NCBI RefSeq assembly: GCF_000025505.1
Contig: NC_013849.1
Coordinates: forward strand, 1,260,001 to 1,292,000
From: Ferroglobus placidus DSM 10642
GTDB taxonomy: Archaea > Halobacteriota > Archaeoglobi > Archaeoglobales > Archaeoglobaceae
Length of the DNA stretch: 32,000 nt
Direction of reading: 5' to 3'
Numbering within the stretch: the stretch's first letter is position 1; each line of letters begins with the position of its first letter. Shown one piece after another: positions 6,559-15,265 of the stretch. The notes beneath the pieces were generated by a model. The model was not told the DNA's origin, did not search any database, and worked only from the letters and a program-made list of their open reading frames with translations. A program made the translations under genes and the position numbers.

Positions 6559-7769
6559 GAAGTCTCTATAATTCTTTCGAAAGCTCTGATGAACTCTTCT
6601 TCCTTGCCTTTTTCTATCAGCGTCGCAGCCGCCACTTTGTGAGTTGCATCCGGAAAACCGTTAACAGCCTTGCTCGCTTCTGGAATTAAACAATCAAAAC
6701 CCGGCATAACTCCGTTGAGAATTTTCCTTTCGAGAGGTATCGGCGTTCTTCCGCTAACCTTCACGGCGTTCAGCTTTATCTCTCCCAAATCCGGAATGTA
6801 ATCGTATACGTTCTGAAAACCGATTACGTACTTATCGTCATCGAAGAAGCTCATGTCCTTCGTTACCTGACAGAACTCTCCTATAGCTTTAACTCCCATT
6901 GGATAGAAGTCGTCTTTAGCGTGGAACCACTGAACGTAGCGCTCTTTCTTAAGCTCTCCGTTTTTCAACCTCTCTATCATCTCCTTGAACTTCCTCTCCT
7001 TAAGCTTCTCGTACTCCTGACTTTTTTCTATCGCATCATCTACGTTTCCGGAGAGAGTGCATTCTATCGCGATGTTGTAACCCTTCTCGAGGTATCCGAC
7101 AACTCCGAGATTCGTGAAAGCTTTTGCCACGTCGCTTGCGTAGTTTTTCAGCGGAACTATGTAATACCTCTCCCTCATCTTTTCTATCTTGATTTTCGCC
7201 TGTCCGAGTCTTATCGCCTCTTCGAGGCTTAATCTGTCTATCCCGAGGACTCCTCCGTACCTGTCGTGGTAATCTCCTACAGAGCCTATGACTGCAAGGT
7301 AGGCAAGGTCCTTGTTTTTCTCATCTATTCCCCTCGCCACCATGTAGGTTAAGCTCGAGGCGGAGATGAACAGATCTCCGGAAATCCCAAGAAGCTCCGA
7401 ATCGAGCTCAACAACTTTTTCGCTTTCCACTTTTACTGCTGGATGGTGGTCGATGAGAAATATGTAGTTTCTCCCCCCATCGATTTTCGCTATCGTATCC
7501 AAAGCCAATCCGCCGAGGTCCGTGTAAATTATAACGTCATCCTCTTTTCCTTCGTGAATTCTTTCTATTATTTTCGGGTGAACTTTCTCGATGCAGTACC
7601 TCTTCACATCTCTACCCTTCCTCATTAAAGCTATTGTTAAAATTAGAGCCGAACAAATTCCGTCGGCATCGTTATGATGAACTATATACACTTCCCTCGT
7701 CACATCTTTTAACTTTTCAGCTGTGAACTTCACCGCTTTCAAAAAATCACCGTTCATCAGCTCTTGCAT
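6546..7769 (-). CDS. DHH-family phosphoesterase (archaeal RecJ-like)
   Basis: 407 aa. DHH motifs present: HHNDADG (motif I/II region), TDLG, and LIDHHP (the DHH motif). Confidence 0.8.
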   Translation of the reverse strand: MQELMNGDFLKAVKFTAEKLKDVTREVYIVHHNDADGICSALILTIALMRKGRDVKRYCIEKVHPKIIERIHEGKEDDVIIYTDLGGLALDTIAKIDGGRNYIFLIDHHPAVKVESEKVVELDSELLGISGDLFISASSLTYMVARGIDEKNKDLAYLAVIGSVGDYHDRYGGVLGIDRLSLEEAIRLGQAKIKIEKMRERYYIVPLKNYASDVAKAFTNLGVVGYLEKGYNIAIECTLSGNVDDAIEKSQEYEKLKERKFKEMIERLKNGELKKERYVQWFHAKDDFYPMGVKAIGEFCQVTKDMSFFDDDKYVIGFQNVYDYIPDLGEIKLNAVKVSGRTPIPLERKILNGVMPGFDCLIPEASKAVNGFPDATHKVAAATLIEKGKEEEFIRAFERIIETSQCG

Positions 7770-7850
7770 ACATTATAGACTTTGACAATTATTTATAATA
7801 CTTTTTTGCACTTCTGCAAGTATTTAAAATCGGAGGATTTTAATTAAGCT

Positions 7851-8618
7851 ATGCTCACACTCATCGGCTTGGGACTCTGGGATGAGAAGGACATAACTCT
7901 GAAAGGATTGGAAGAAGTTAAGAGGGCTGATAAAGTTTACGCTGAATTTTACACGTCAAAGCTGATGGGAACGAGTATTGAAGCCATGGAAAAGCTTTAC
8001 GGGAGAAAAGTTGTGGTTTTGGAGAGAAAGGATCTCGAGGACGAAAGCTGGAAGATCGTCGAAGAGGCTAAGAGCAAAAACGTCGTAATCCTCGTTGCTG
8101 GCGATCCGGGAGTTGCGACAACTCACTCAAGCCTACTGCTCGAGGCAAAGAGGAAGGGAGTTGAGACGAGAGTTATCCACAACGCAAGCGTGATTTCTGC
8201 TATTTGCTCCGTCACCGGCTTGCACAGCTACAAATTCGGGAAATCAGCTACTGTGAGCTACCCTTACAGGGGAATAGTTTCAAAAACACCCCTAAACGTT
8301 ATCAAAGAGAATTTGAGCATCAACGCTCACACTTTGCTCCTCTTAGACTTAAACCCGAAGCCGATGACGATTGGAGAGGCTGTGAAAATAATGGAGAAGG
8401 TTGACGACGGAACTTTAAATCACTTCGCCGTCGGAGTTGCGAGAATTGGAGGGGATTGTTACATAAAATGCGATCACTTCTACTCTCTTCCGAATCACGA
8501 TTTTGGCAAGCCACTTCACACGATAGTCTTTTTATCCAAAAAGCTACACTTCACGGAGTACGAATTTCTCAGAGAATTTGCAGACGCTCCTAAGGAACTG
8601 GAGGAGTTCGTGGAGTAA
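7851..8618 (+). CDS. dphB: Diphthine synthase
   Basis: 255 aa. N-terminus MLTLIGLGLWDEKDITLKGLEEVKRADKVYAEFYTS and the tetrapyrrole-methylase-fold pattern are typical of archaeal Dph5/DphB. Confidence 0.9.
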   Translation: MLTLIGLGLWDEKDITLKGLEEVKRADKVYAEFYTSKLMGTSIEAMEKLYGRKVVVLERKDLEDESWKIVEEAKSKNVVILVAGDPGVATTHSSLLLEAKRKGVETRVIHNASVISAICSVTGLHSYKFGKSATVSYPYRGIVSKTPLNVIKENLSINAHTLLLLDLNPKPMTIGEAVKIMEKVDDGTLNHFAVGVARIGGDCYIKCDHFYSLPNHDFGKPLHTIVFLSKKLHFTEYEFLREFADAPKELEEFVE

Positions 8619-8651
8619 AAGTTTATTACGAATAAGTTTAGTAGTTTATTG

Positions 8652-11009
8652 ATGGAGGGCTGGTTACTTGACGCTGATTACATAACCGCTGAGGATGGAA
8701 GAGCCGTTGTAAGGCTGTGGTGTAAGGATTTCGACGGAAACACATTCGTAGTTTACGACAGAAACTTTCAGCCTTACTTTTACGCATTCAAGAATGGTTT
8801 GAGCAAAGAAGACATCGAAAAAATCGTTGTTAAGAGCAGGGAAGGTGTAATAAAGCCTTTTAAAGTTGAGGAAGTCAGGAGGAAGGTTTTCGGAAAGGAA
8901 GTGGAGGTATTCAAGATCTACGCCTATCACCCGCAGCATGTTCCGAAGCTCAGAGAAGAGCTGAAGAAGATCACCGAGGTTAGAGAAGCGGACATTCCCT
9001 TTGCCTATCGATATTTGATAGACAAGGACTTGGCTTGCATGGACGGAATTAGAGTTGAGGGCAAAGTGAGGGAGGAGAGGGGATTAAAAGTAATTGATGC
9101 TGAGCACGTTGAGAGGTTCGAAATTCCGCTGCCGGAGCCAAAGGTTTTGGCTTTTGACTGCGAAATGCTAACGGAACTGGGAATGCCCGATCCGGAGAAA
9201 GACAAAATTATCATTATCGGAGTGAAATGCGGGGATTTCGAGGAAATTATAACCGGAAACGAAAGGGAAATTTTGCTAAGATTCGTTGAAATTATAAAGG
9301 AGCAGGATCCCGACGTAATCGTCGGATACAACCAAGACAACTTCGACTGGCCATACATAAGAAAGAGAGCCGAGAAGCTTTCCGTAAAACTGAACATAGG
9401 GAGGGACGGAAGCGAAATCTCTTTCAGAGGCGGAAGACCGAAGATCGCCGGAAGGCTTAACGTGGATCTTTACGACATAGCGATGAAGCTCGACGTTAAG
9501 GTTAAAACTCTTGAGAACGTTGCCGAATTCCTTGGAAGAAAGGTCGAACTCGCTGACATAGAGGCTAAGGACATATACAAGAGGTGGACCTCTGGCGATA
9601 AAGAGAGCGTCCTAAAGTATTCGAAGCAGGACGTTCTGAACACATACTTCATAGCCGAAGAGCTCTTGCCCATGCACTACGAGCTTTCGAGGATGATCAG
9701 AATTCCGACGGATGACGTTGCAAGAATAGGCAGAGGAAAGCAGGTTGACTGGTTTTTGTTGAGCGAAGCCTACAAAATTGGAGAAATCGCTCCCAACCCG
9801 GCTGAGGTTGAGGAGAGCTACGAGGGGGCGTTCGTTTTAGAGCCATCGAGAGGTTTGCACAAAAATGTGGTCTGTTTGGACTTCGCATCCATGTATCCGA
9901 GCATAATGATCGCCTACAACATAAGTCCCGACACATACGTTTTCGGAAAATGCGACGATTGCTACGTAGCTCCGGAAGTTGGACACAAGTTCAGGAAACA
10001 TCCGGACGGTTTCTTCAAAAGAATTCTGAAGATGCTTATAGAGAAGAGGAGGGAGATAAAAAATCAGATGAAGAGTCTCGATAGAAATTCGAGGGAGTAT
10101 CTGCTTTTAAACATAAAGCAGCAGACTCTGAAGATTCTCACGAACTCCTTCTACGGCTACACCGGCTGGAGCGGGGCAAGATGGTATTGCAGGCAGTGCG
10201 CTGAAGCTACAACAGCTTGGGGAAGACATTTAATAAAATCCGCCGTGGAAATAGCCAAGAAGCTCGGTTTCGAAGTACTTTACGGGGATACTGACAGCAT
10301 ATTCGTTAAGAAAGGTAATCTGAGCCTTGAGAAAATTAGGGGAGAAGTTGAGAAGCTGATTGAAGAAATCTCCGAAAAGTTCCCGGTGCAGATTGAGGTT
10401 GACGAGTACTACAAAACGATATTCTTCGTTGAAAAGAAGAGGTATGCTGGCTTAACCGAAGATGGCATACTTGTTGTGAAAGGATTGGAGGTGAGGAGAG
10501 GGGATTGGTGCGAGCTGGCGAAGGAAGTTCAGAAGAAAGTCATCGAGATAATATTAAAAGAAGAAAATCCGGAAAAAGCTGCGGAATACGTGAGGAAGGT
10601 TATAAACGACATAAAGAGCGGAAAGGTGAAGCTTGAGGACGTGGTGATATACAAGGGTTTGACGAAACGCCCGGACAAGTACGAGAGTAAGCAAGCTCAC
10701 GTTAAAGCTGCTTTAAGGGCTATGGAGCTCGGCATCGTCTATAACGTGGGCTCTAAGGTTGGGTTTGTTGTTGTGGAAGGAGCCGGAAACGTTGGAGACA
10801 GAGCTTATCCAATAGACTTGATAGAGGAGTTCGACGGCGAGAATTTGGTTATAAGAACGAGGAGCGGAAGCATAGTGAAGAAGCTCGATAAAGACTACTA
10901 CATAAACCACCAGATAATCCCTTCAGTGCTGAGAATCCTTGAGAGGTTCGGATACAACGAAGCGAGTTTGAAAGGAGCGACTCAGAAAACCCTCGACGCT
11001 TTCTGGTGA
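8652..11009 (+). CDS. polB: Family-B DNA polymerase (PolB), no intein
   Basis: Exo motifs FDCE and YNQDNFDWPY, and polymerase motifs DFASMYPS, KILTNSFYGY and YGDTDS. The length of about 785 aa leaves no room for an intein. ATG 8652 is preferred over the track's TTG 8649. Confidence 0.95.
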   Translation: MEGWLLDADYITAEDGRAVVRLWCKDFDGNTFVVYDRNFQPYFYAFKNGLSKEDIEKIVVKSREGVIKPFKVEEVRRKVFGKEVEVFKIYAYHPQHVPKLREELKKITEVREADIPFAYRYLIDKDLACMDGIRVEGKVREERGLKVIDAEHVERFEIPLPEPKVLAFDCEMLTELGMPDPEKDKIIIIGVKCGDFEEIITGNEREILLRFVEIIKEQDPDVIVGYNQDNFDWPYIRKRAEKLSVKLNIGRDGSEISFRGGRPKIAGRLNVDLYDIAMKLDVKVKTLENVAEFLGRKVELADIEAKDIYKRWTSGDKESVLKYSKQDVLNTYFIAEELLPMHYELSRMIRIPTDDVARIGRGKQVDWFLLSEAYKIGEIAPNPAEVEESYEGAFVLEPSRGLHKNVVCLDFASMYPSIMIAYNISPDTYVFGKCDDCYVAPEVGHKFRKHPDGFFKRILKMLIEKRREIKNQMKSLDRNSREYLLLNIKQQTLKILTNSFYGYTGWSGARWYCRQCAEATTAWGRHLIKSAVEIAKKLGFEVLYGDTDSIFVKKGNLSLEKIRGEVEKLIEEISEKFPVQIEVDEYYKTIFFVEKKRYAGLTEDGILVVKGLEVRRGDWCELAKEVQKKVIEIILKEENPEKAAEYVRKVINDIKSGKVKLEDVVIYKGLTKRPDKYESKQAHVKAALRAMELGIVYNVGSKVGFVVVEGAGNVGDRAYPIDLIEEFDGENLVIRTRSGSIVKKLDKDYYINHQIIPSVLRILERFGYNEASLKGATQKTLDAFW

Positions 11010-11013
11010 TATC

Positions 11014-11736
11014 ATGAAGATAGTTTTCTCTCCAAAATTTTACGAGGTTTACTCTTCCGATCCGGCAGCAGCTCCGGGAAGAATGGAGGCTATAGTGAAC
11101 GAGCTTAAAGACTACGAGTTCGTTGAGCCGGAGAGAGCGAGCGAAGAGGATATTTTGCTCGTGCACACGAGAAGGCATTACGAGTGGGTAAAGAGCTTAA
11201 AGCTATTCGAAATAGCCATGCTCGCTGTCAGAGGGGCGATAAAAGCTGCTTTAATCTCCTTCGAAGAGCCGGCTTTCGCGGCAATAAGACCTCCGGGGCA
11301 TCACGCAAGTCCCGACAGCTGCTGGGGATTCTGCTACTTCAACAACGTAGCAATAGCTGTAAGAAAGCTTCAGAGGCTTGGAAAAATAAGGAAGGCTGCC
11401 ATAGTTGACTTCGACCTCCACTTCGGGGACGGAACTGCTAATACCTTCGAAAACGACGAAGACGTGAAGTACTTCCACATGAAGGACGTCGAAAGCATTT
11501 CCGAGTTTTTGGAGAGGGTGGATTTCGACGTAATTGCAGTCTCAGCCGGCTTCGACAGACACAAAGAGGATTGGGGAAATCAGCTCGAAACTGAAGATTA
11601 CACCGAAATAGGGAAGATAATAAAAGAATACGCCGAGGAAAAATGCGAAGGAAGAAGGTTTGCAGTTTTAGAAGGAGGATACAACCACAAAGTTCTCGGG
11701 AAAAACGTTAGAGCTTTTATCAAAGGTTTCGAGTAG
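11014..11736 (+). CDS. Compact histone-deacetylase/acetoin-utilisation (HDAC/AcuC) superfamily protein
   Basis: 240 aa. Motifs IRPPGHHA, GFCYFNNVAIA, VDFDLHFGDGT, SAGFDRHKED and LEGGYN. It starts 4 nt after the polB stop. Confidence 0.8.
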   Translation: MKIVFSPKFYEVYSSDPAAAPGRMEAIVNELKDYEFVEPERASEEDILLVHTRRHYEWVKSLKLFEIAMLAVRGAIKAALISFEEPAFAAIRPPGHHASPDSCWGFCYFNNVAIAVRKLQRLGKIRKAAIVDFDLHFGDGTANTFENDEDVKYFHMKDVESISEFLERVDFDVIAVSAGFDRHKEDWGNQLETEDYTEIGKIIKEYAEEKCEGRRFAVLEGGYNHKVLGKNVRAFIKGFE

Positions 11737-13342
11737 TGTAGAAGTCTCTGTACTTTTCCTTCAAAAACCTCTTGTTGAACTTTCCCACGCTTGTTTTCGG
11801 TATTTCGCTGACGAAGAGTATTTCGTCTGGCAGCTGCCATTTTGCGAATCTCTTCTTTAAATGCTCGTATAGTTCTTCTTTGCTTACTTTTCCTTTATAT
11901 TCCTCTTTCAGGACTACGAAAGCTAATGGTCTTTCTTCCCATTTCGGATGGGGAACTCCTACAACGCAAGCCTCTAAAACTGCCGGGTGCGCCATTAGGT
12001 AATTCTCCAAGTCAACGCTGCTTATCCACTCCCCTCCGCTCTTTATCAAATCCTTAAACCTGTCAACTATCTTCACGTAGCCGTTCTCGTCGATAGTTGC
12101 TGCATCACCGCTCTTCCACCAGCCGTTTTCGAAAGCATCCTTCGACCTCTCGTCTTTGTAGTAGCTCTTAGCCACCCAGTGACCTCTCATGTAGAGCTCT
12201 CCAACGCTACTTCCGTCCCACGGCAACTCGATTCCGTTCTTCATCAACTTAACTTCAACGCCGAACATCGGCAACCCTTGCTTTCTCTTCAACTCCCACA
12301 GCTCCTCCTCTTCCAACTCTTCCTCGACTTCCGGAATTACGTGGTTGACACAAACAACTGGAGTCGTCTCCGTTGCTCCGTAGGTGTGTATAACTTCTAT
12401 TCCCCTCTCCTTCATCCCCTTTAGCAGTGAAAGAGGAGGTGCGCTCGCTCCCGTGAAAATTCTTAAGTTTGGAAGAGAAATGTTCTCTTTCTGTAAATAG
12501 TTGAGCATCGGAATTAAAACGGAGGGAGCTGCGGCTGTTACAGTTACGCCTTCCTCTCTTATTAGATCAACGACTTCTCCTATTTTCTCAATCGAGTACC
12601 TTCCGGGAAAAACGAGCTTAGCTCCGGTGAGTGTGGCTGAGAAGAAAATCCCCCAGCCGTTCGCATGAAACATGGGGACGAGCTGCAAATACGTATCCCT
12701 GTGGCTCAAGGAGAAGTTTATGGCTACTGCGAGAGTGTGTAAGAACACGGCTCTGTGGGAGTAGTAAACTCCTTTCGGCTTTCCAGTAGTTCCGGAAGTG
12801 TAACAGGAGATGCAGGCTGACCTTTCATCGATGACGGGAAACTCGTAGTTTTTGTCTCCAAGTTTGAGGAGCTCTTCGTATGTGTAATCGAAATCCTCGC
12901 AACCAATCCCCACGAATTTCGCTTTAACCTTTGGGGCAATTTTTTCAGCTATTTCCTTAGCCTGAGAATCGACGAAGATCAGCTTGGCTTCGCTGTGGTT
13001 GGCAACGTAGCTTATTTCCTCGGGGTGAAGCCTTAAGTTGAGTTCGAGGAGAACGGCTCCGATGGAAGGAACTGCGAAAAACAGCTCGTAGAATTCGAGG
13101 GTGTTCCAGCTCAAAACTCCTATTCTATCCTTGGCGGAAAATCCAAGGCTTTCCAATGCGTTTGCCAACCTCTTTACGTCCTCGTAAACGTCCCTGTAAG
13201 TTGTAACTTTCTTCTCCTCTCCCCTCTTTGAAACCACTCTTCTTTTCCCGAATCTTAGGGCTGCGTGCTTTAAAATGCTAATAAGATTGAGCTGATAATC
13301 ATCGTTCATCGTAGAATCGAGCCCTCTAATAAATCTCATCAT
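11720..13342 (-). CDS. AMP-forming acyl-CoA synthetase (fatty-acid--CoA ligase family)
   Basis: 540 aa. AMP-binding signature YTSGTTGKPKGV, then YGATET and GDAATIDENGYVKIVDRFKDLIKSGGE. The start is uncertain (13342, or the internal Met of MNDDY). Confidence 0.85.
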   Translation of the reverse strand: MMRFIRGLDSTMNDDYQLNLISILKHAALRFGKRRVVSKRGEEKKVTTYRDVYEDVKRLANALESLGFSAKDRIGVLSWNTLEFYELFFAVPSIGAVLLELNLRLHPEEISYVANHSEAKLIFVDSQAKEIAEKIAPKVKAKFVGIGCEDFDYTYEELLKLGDKNYEFPVIDERSACISCYTSGTTGKPKGVYYSHRAVFLHTLAVAINFSLSHRDTYLQLVPMFHANGWGIFFSATLTGAKLVFPGRYSIEKIGEVVDLIREEGVTVTAAAPSVLIPMLNYLQKENISLPNLRIFTGASAPPLSLLKGMKERGIEVIHTYGATETTPVVCVNHVIPEVEEELEEEELWELKRKQGLPMFGVEVKLMKNGIELPWDGSSVGELYMRGHWVAKSYYKDERSKDAFENGWWKSGDAATIDENGYVKIVDRFKDLIKSGGEWISSVDLENYLMAHPAVLEACVVGVPHPKWEERPLAFVVLKEEYKGKVSKEELYEHLKKRFAKWQLPDEILFVSEIPKTSVGKFNKRFLKEKYRDFYTTRNL

Positions 13343-13382
13343 TAAAAACAGAAAGAAATTTGCTTTATTAAAAGTTTCGAAA

Positions 13383-13586
13383 TTAGGAAGTCATGACCTT
13401 AACGAATCCGTAACCGGCGAAAACTGCGGCAATCAATCCTGCGACTATGTAAACTATTCCTTCGGTTGGCGGAATCGCGTTCGAGCTGATAACCCAAGCC
13501 CACAGAGCTGCGTTTTGAATGGATGCAAGCATCAATCCGGCGAAGATGAGCATTAAGAAGTACCTTTTTATTTTCTCGAAATCCAT
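13383..13586 (-). CDS. Small membrane protein (67 aa, two predicted TM helices)
   Basis: Two hydrophobic stretches (LMLIFAGLMLASI..., IVYIVAGLIAAVFAGYGFV). Same strand as the acyl-CoA synthetase gene and 40 nt upstream of it. No family recognised. Confidence 0.5.
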   Translation of the reverse strand: MDFEKIKRYFLMLIFAGLMLASIQNAALWAWVISSNAIPPTEGIVYIVAGLIAAVFAGYGFVKVMTS

Positions 13587-13660
13587 AATTACGCTTGAAG
13601 GTGGGAGTAAATAAATTTTACTGAAACAACCCTTATATGCAGAAGTTTTACCCCTTTAAA

Positions 13661-13715
13661 CGGATGATGAAGCCCACGGGTTCTGAGAAGTGATGAGCAT
13701 GCCCTTCGCTGACAC
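13661..13715 (+). ncRNA. C/D-box sRNA (2'-O-methylation guide)
   Basis: C box ATGATGA 13664-13670. 12-nt guide AGCCCACGGGTT. D' CTGA 13683-13686. 3-nt linker. C' GTGATGA 13690-13696. 12-nt guide GCATGCCCTTCG. D CTGA 13709-13712. TATA-like TTATAT at 13633-13638. It is intergenic. The ends are approximate. Confidence 0.8.
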
Positions 13716-13751
13716 TTAAAACATAAATTTGTTTAAGCTCTAAATACTTAC

Positions 13752-14159
13752 ATGCCCCGGTTCTTCTCAGATGAGTGGGTTGAGGAGTACATGAAGCTGC
13801 TGAACGAGAGTAAGGAGTATGAGGAAGCTGTGAAGGACTGGGAAGGTGACTTTTTGTTCGTCGTGGAGCCGGATGAGGATTTAAAAGAACCTCTATACGT
13901 TTACCTCGACCTTTACCACGGAAAAGCACGAAAGGGGTTTGCTGTAAAAGATCCTTCAGAAATTTCCGCAGCTTTTGAATTCAGGGGAAAGTATTCCAAC
14001 TGGAAGAAGCTTATCGCTGGAGAGATAGACCCGATAAAGGGGATGGTAACGGGAAAGTTCAAGTTAAAGGGTAGCATGGCTAAGGTTATGAGGTACGCGA
14101 GGGCGGCAAAAATTCTTGTTGAAATTGCTCAAAAAGTTGAGACGGAGTTTCCGGGGTAA
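13752..14159 (+). CDS. SCP2 (sterol-carrier-protein-2-like) lipid-binding domain protein
   Basis: 135 aa. The pattern FSDEWV...LN...Y...DWEGDFLFVV...GKFKLKGSMAKVMRY is typical of the SCP2 fold. The stop overlaps the next ATG (TAATG). Confidence 0.8.
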   Translation: MPRFFSDEWVEEYMKLLNESKEYEEAVKDWEGDFLFVVEPDEDLKEPLYVYLDLYHGKARKGFAVKDPSEISAAFEFRGKYSNWKKLIAGEIDPIKGMVTGKFKLKGSMAKVMRYARAAKILVEIAQKVETEFPG

Positions 14160-15265
14160 TGAAAATGTGGAACTTCAATTCTCCAAAGATATCCTACGGA
14201 AGAGATTCGCTTGAAGCCCTCGAGAACTTCTCTGGAAAGAGAGCCTTAATAATTACAGACGAAATTCTTTCATCGCTTGGATATGATGAACTCGTCTTGA
14301 AAAAATTTGAAAGAAGCGAGGAGATACTCGTTAAGCCAAAGGAGCCGTCCAAGGAGGAAGCTGTAGAGTTGAGTGAGAAGATTAGAGAAGAGGAGCCAGA
14401 GGTCCTCGTGGCTTTGGGAGGAGGAAGTGTAATAGACCTCGTTAAAGCTGCGAGAATTATATCTGAAGTTGACATCGAGCCAGAAGAGATAACCCCTTTT
14501 ACGAATTTGGAGGAGCTCGGATTTAAGGGGAGAAACTACTTTGTTGCGATTCCAACAACGAGCGGAACCGGAAGCGAAGTAACTTGGGCAATCGTTCTTA
14601 GGGATGAAAGGGAGAAGAGGAAGATAATAATGGCGAACGAAAAAGCAATTCCGGATTTGGCAATCGTTGATCCTATTTTCGTCGAGAAGCTTCCGAAAAA
14701 ACTTGTAGTATCCACAGGATTTGATGCTCTATCTCATGCCATCGAAGCATTTCTATCCACCTTCAGCAACCCTTTTAGCGACGCTCTTTCATTAAAAGCC
14801 GTTGAAATCATCTTTAAAAACTTCGAAAGGTCCTACGAAGGAGACTTAGAGGCGAGGGAAGAAATGCACGTTTCAGCAACAATAGCCGGCTTAGCTTTCA
14901 GTAACTCTCAGGTAGGTTTGGTTCACGCCTTAGCCCATGCTTTCGGAGCAATCTTCGATGTCCCTCACGGAGAAGCTATAGCAGCTTTCCTTCATCCGGT
15001 TCTCGAATTTTACAAAAAGAAAGGAGTTGAGAAAATAAACGAGATGTCAAAATACGTGGGCTTCGACATTCTCAAGGAGGTAAAAAGACTTTCGGTAAGG
15101 TTTGGCGTGAAGAAAATTTTCGAGTTAGATTTCGAAGGTAAAATAAATGAGATAGTTAAAAAAACGATGGAGGATAGCTGCATAGTCACGGCACCATTTG
15201 TCCCCGGGGAAGAGGATTTGAAAGGTCTTCTGGGGGAGATAGCATGTATGCGGGAAAAATCTTGA
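14159..15265 (+). CDS. Iron-containing (group III) alcohol dehydrogenase
   Basis: 368 aa. GGGSVIDLVKAA nucleotide loop, and His-rich metal-site regions (DALSHAIEAF, VHALAHAFG...PHGEA). Confidence 0.85.
   Translation: MKMWNFNSPKISYGRDSLEALENFSGKRALIITDEILSSLGYDELVLKKFERSEEILVKPKEPSKEEAVELSEKIREEEPEVLVALGGGSVIDLVKAARIISEVDIEPEEITPFTNLEELGFKGRNYFVAIPTTSGTGSEVTWAIVLRDEREKRKIIMANEKAIPDLAIVDPIFVEKLPKKLVVSTGFDALSHAIEAFLSTFSNPFSDALSLKAVEIIFKNFERSYEGDLEAREEMHVSATIAGLAFSNSQVGLVHALAHAFGAIFDVPHGEAIAAFLHPVLEFYKKKGVEKINEMSKYVGFDILKEVKRLSVRFGVKKIFELDFEGKINEIVKKTMEDSCIVTAPFVPGEEDLKGLLGEIACMREKS

Noticed and set aside
8652-11009. Possible intein or split in the family-B DNA polymerase
   Set aside because: It is a continuous ORF of about 785 aa with exo and pol motifs at normal spacing (YGDTDS is uninterrupted), leaving no extra 150-500-aa insert.
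13648-13929. 93-aa minus-strand ORF spanning the 13.6-kb intergenic region and the SCP2 gene start
   Set aside because: It overlaps a canonical C/D-box sRNA and the well-supported SCP2 gene. Its P/R/S/H-rich composition looks non-coding.
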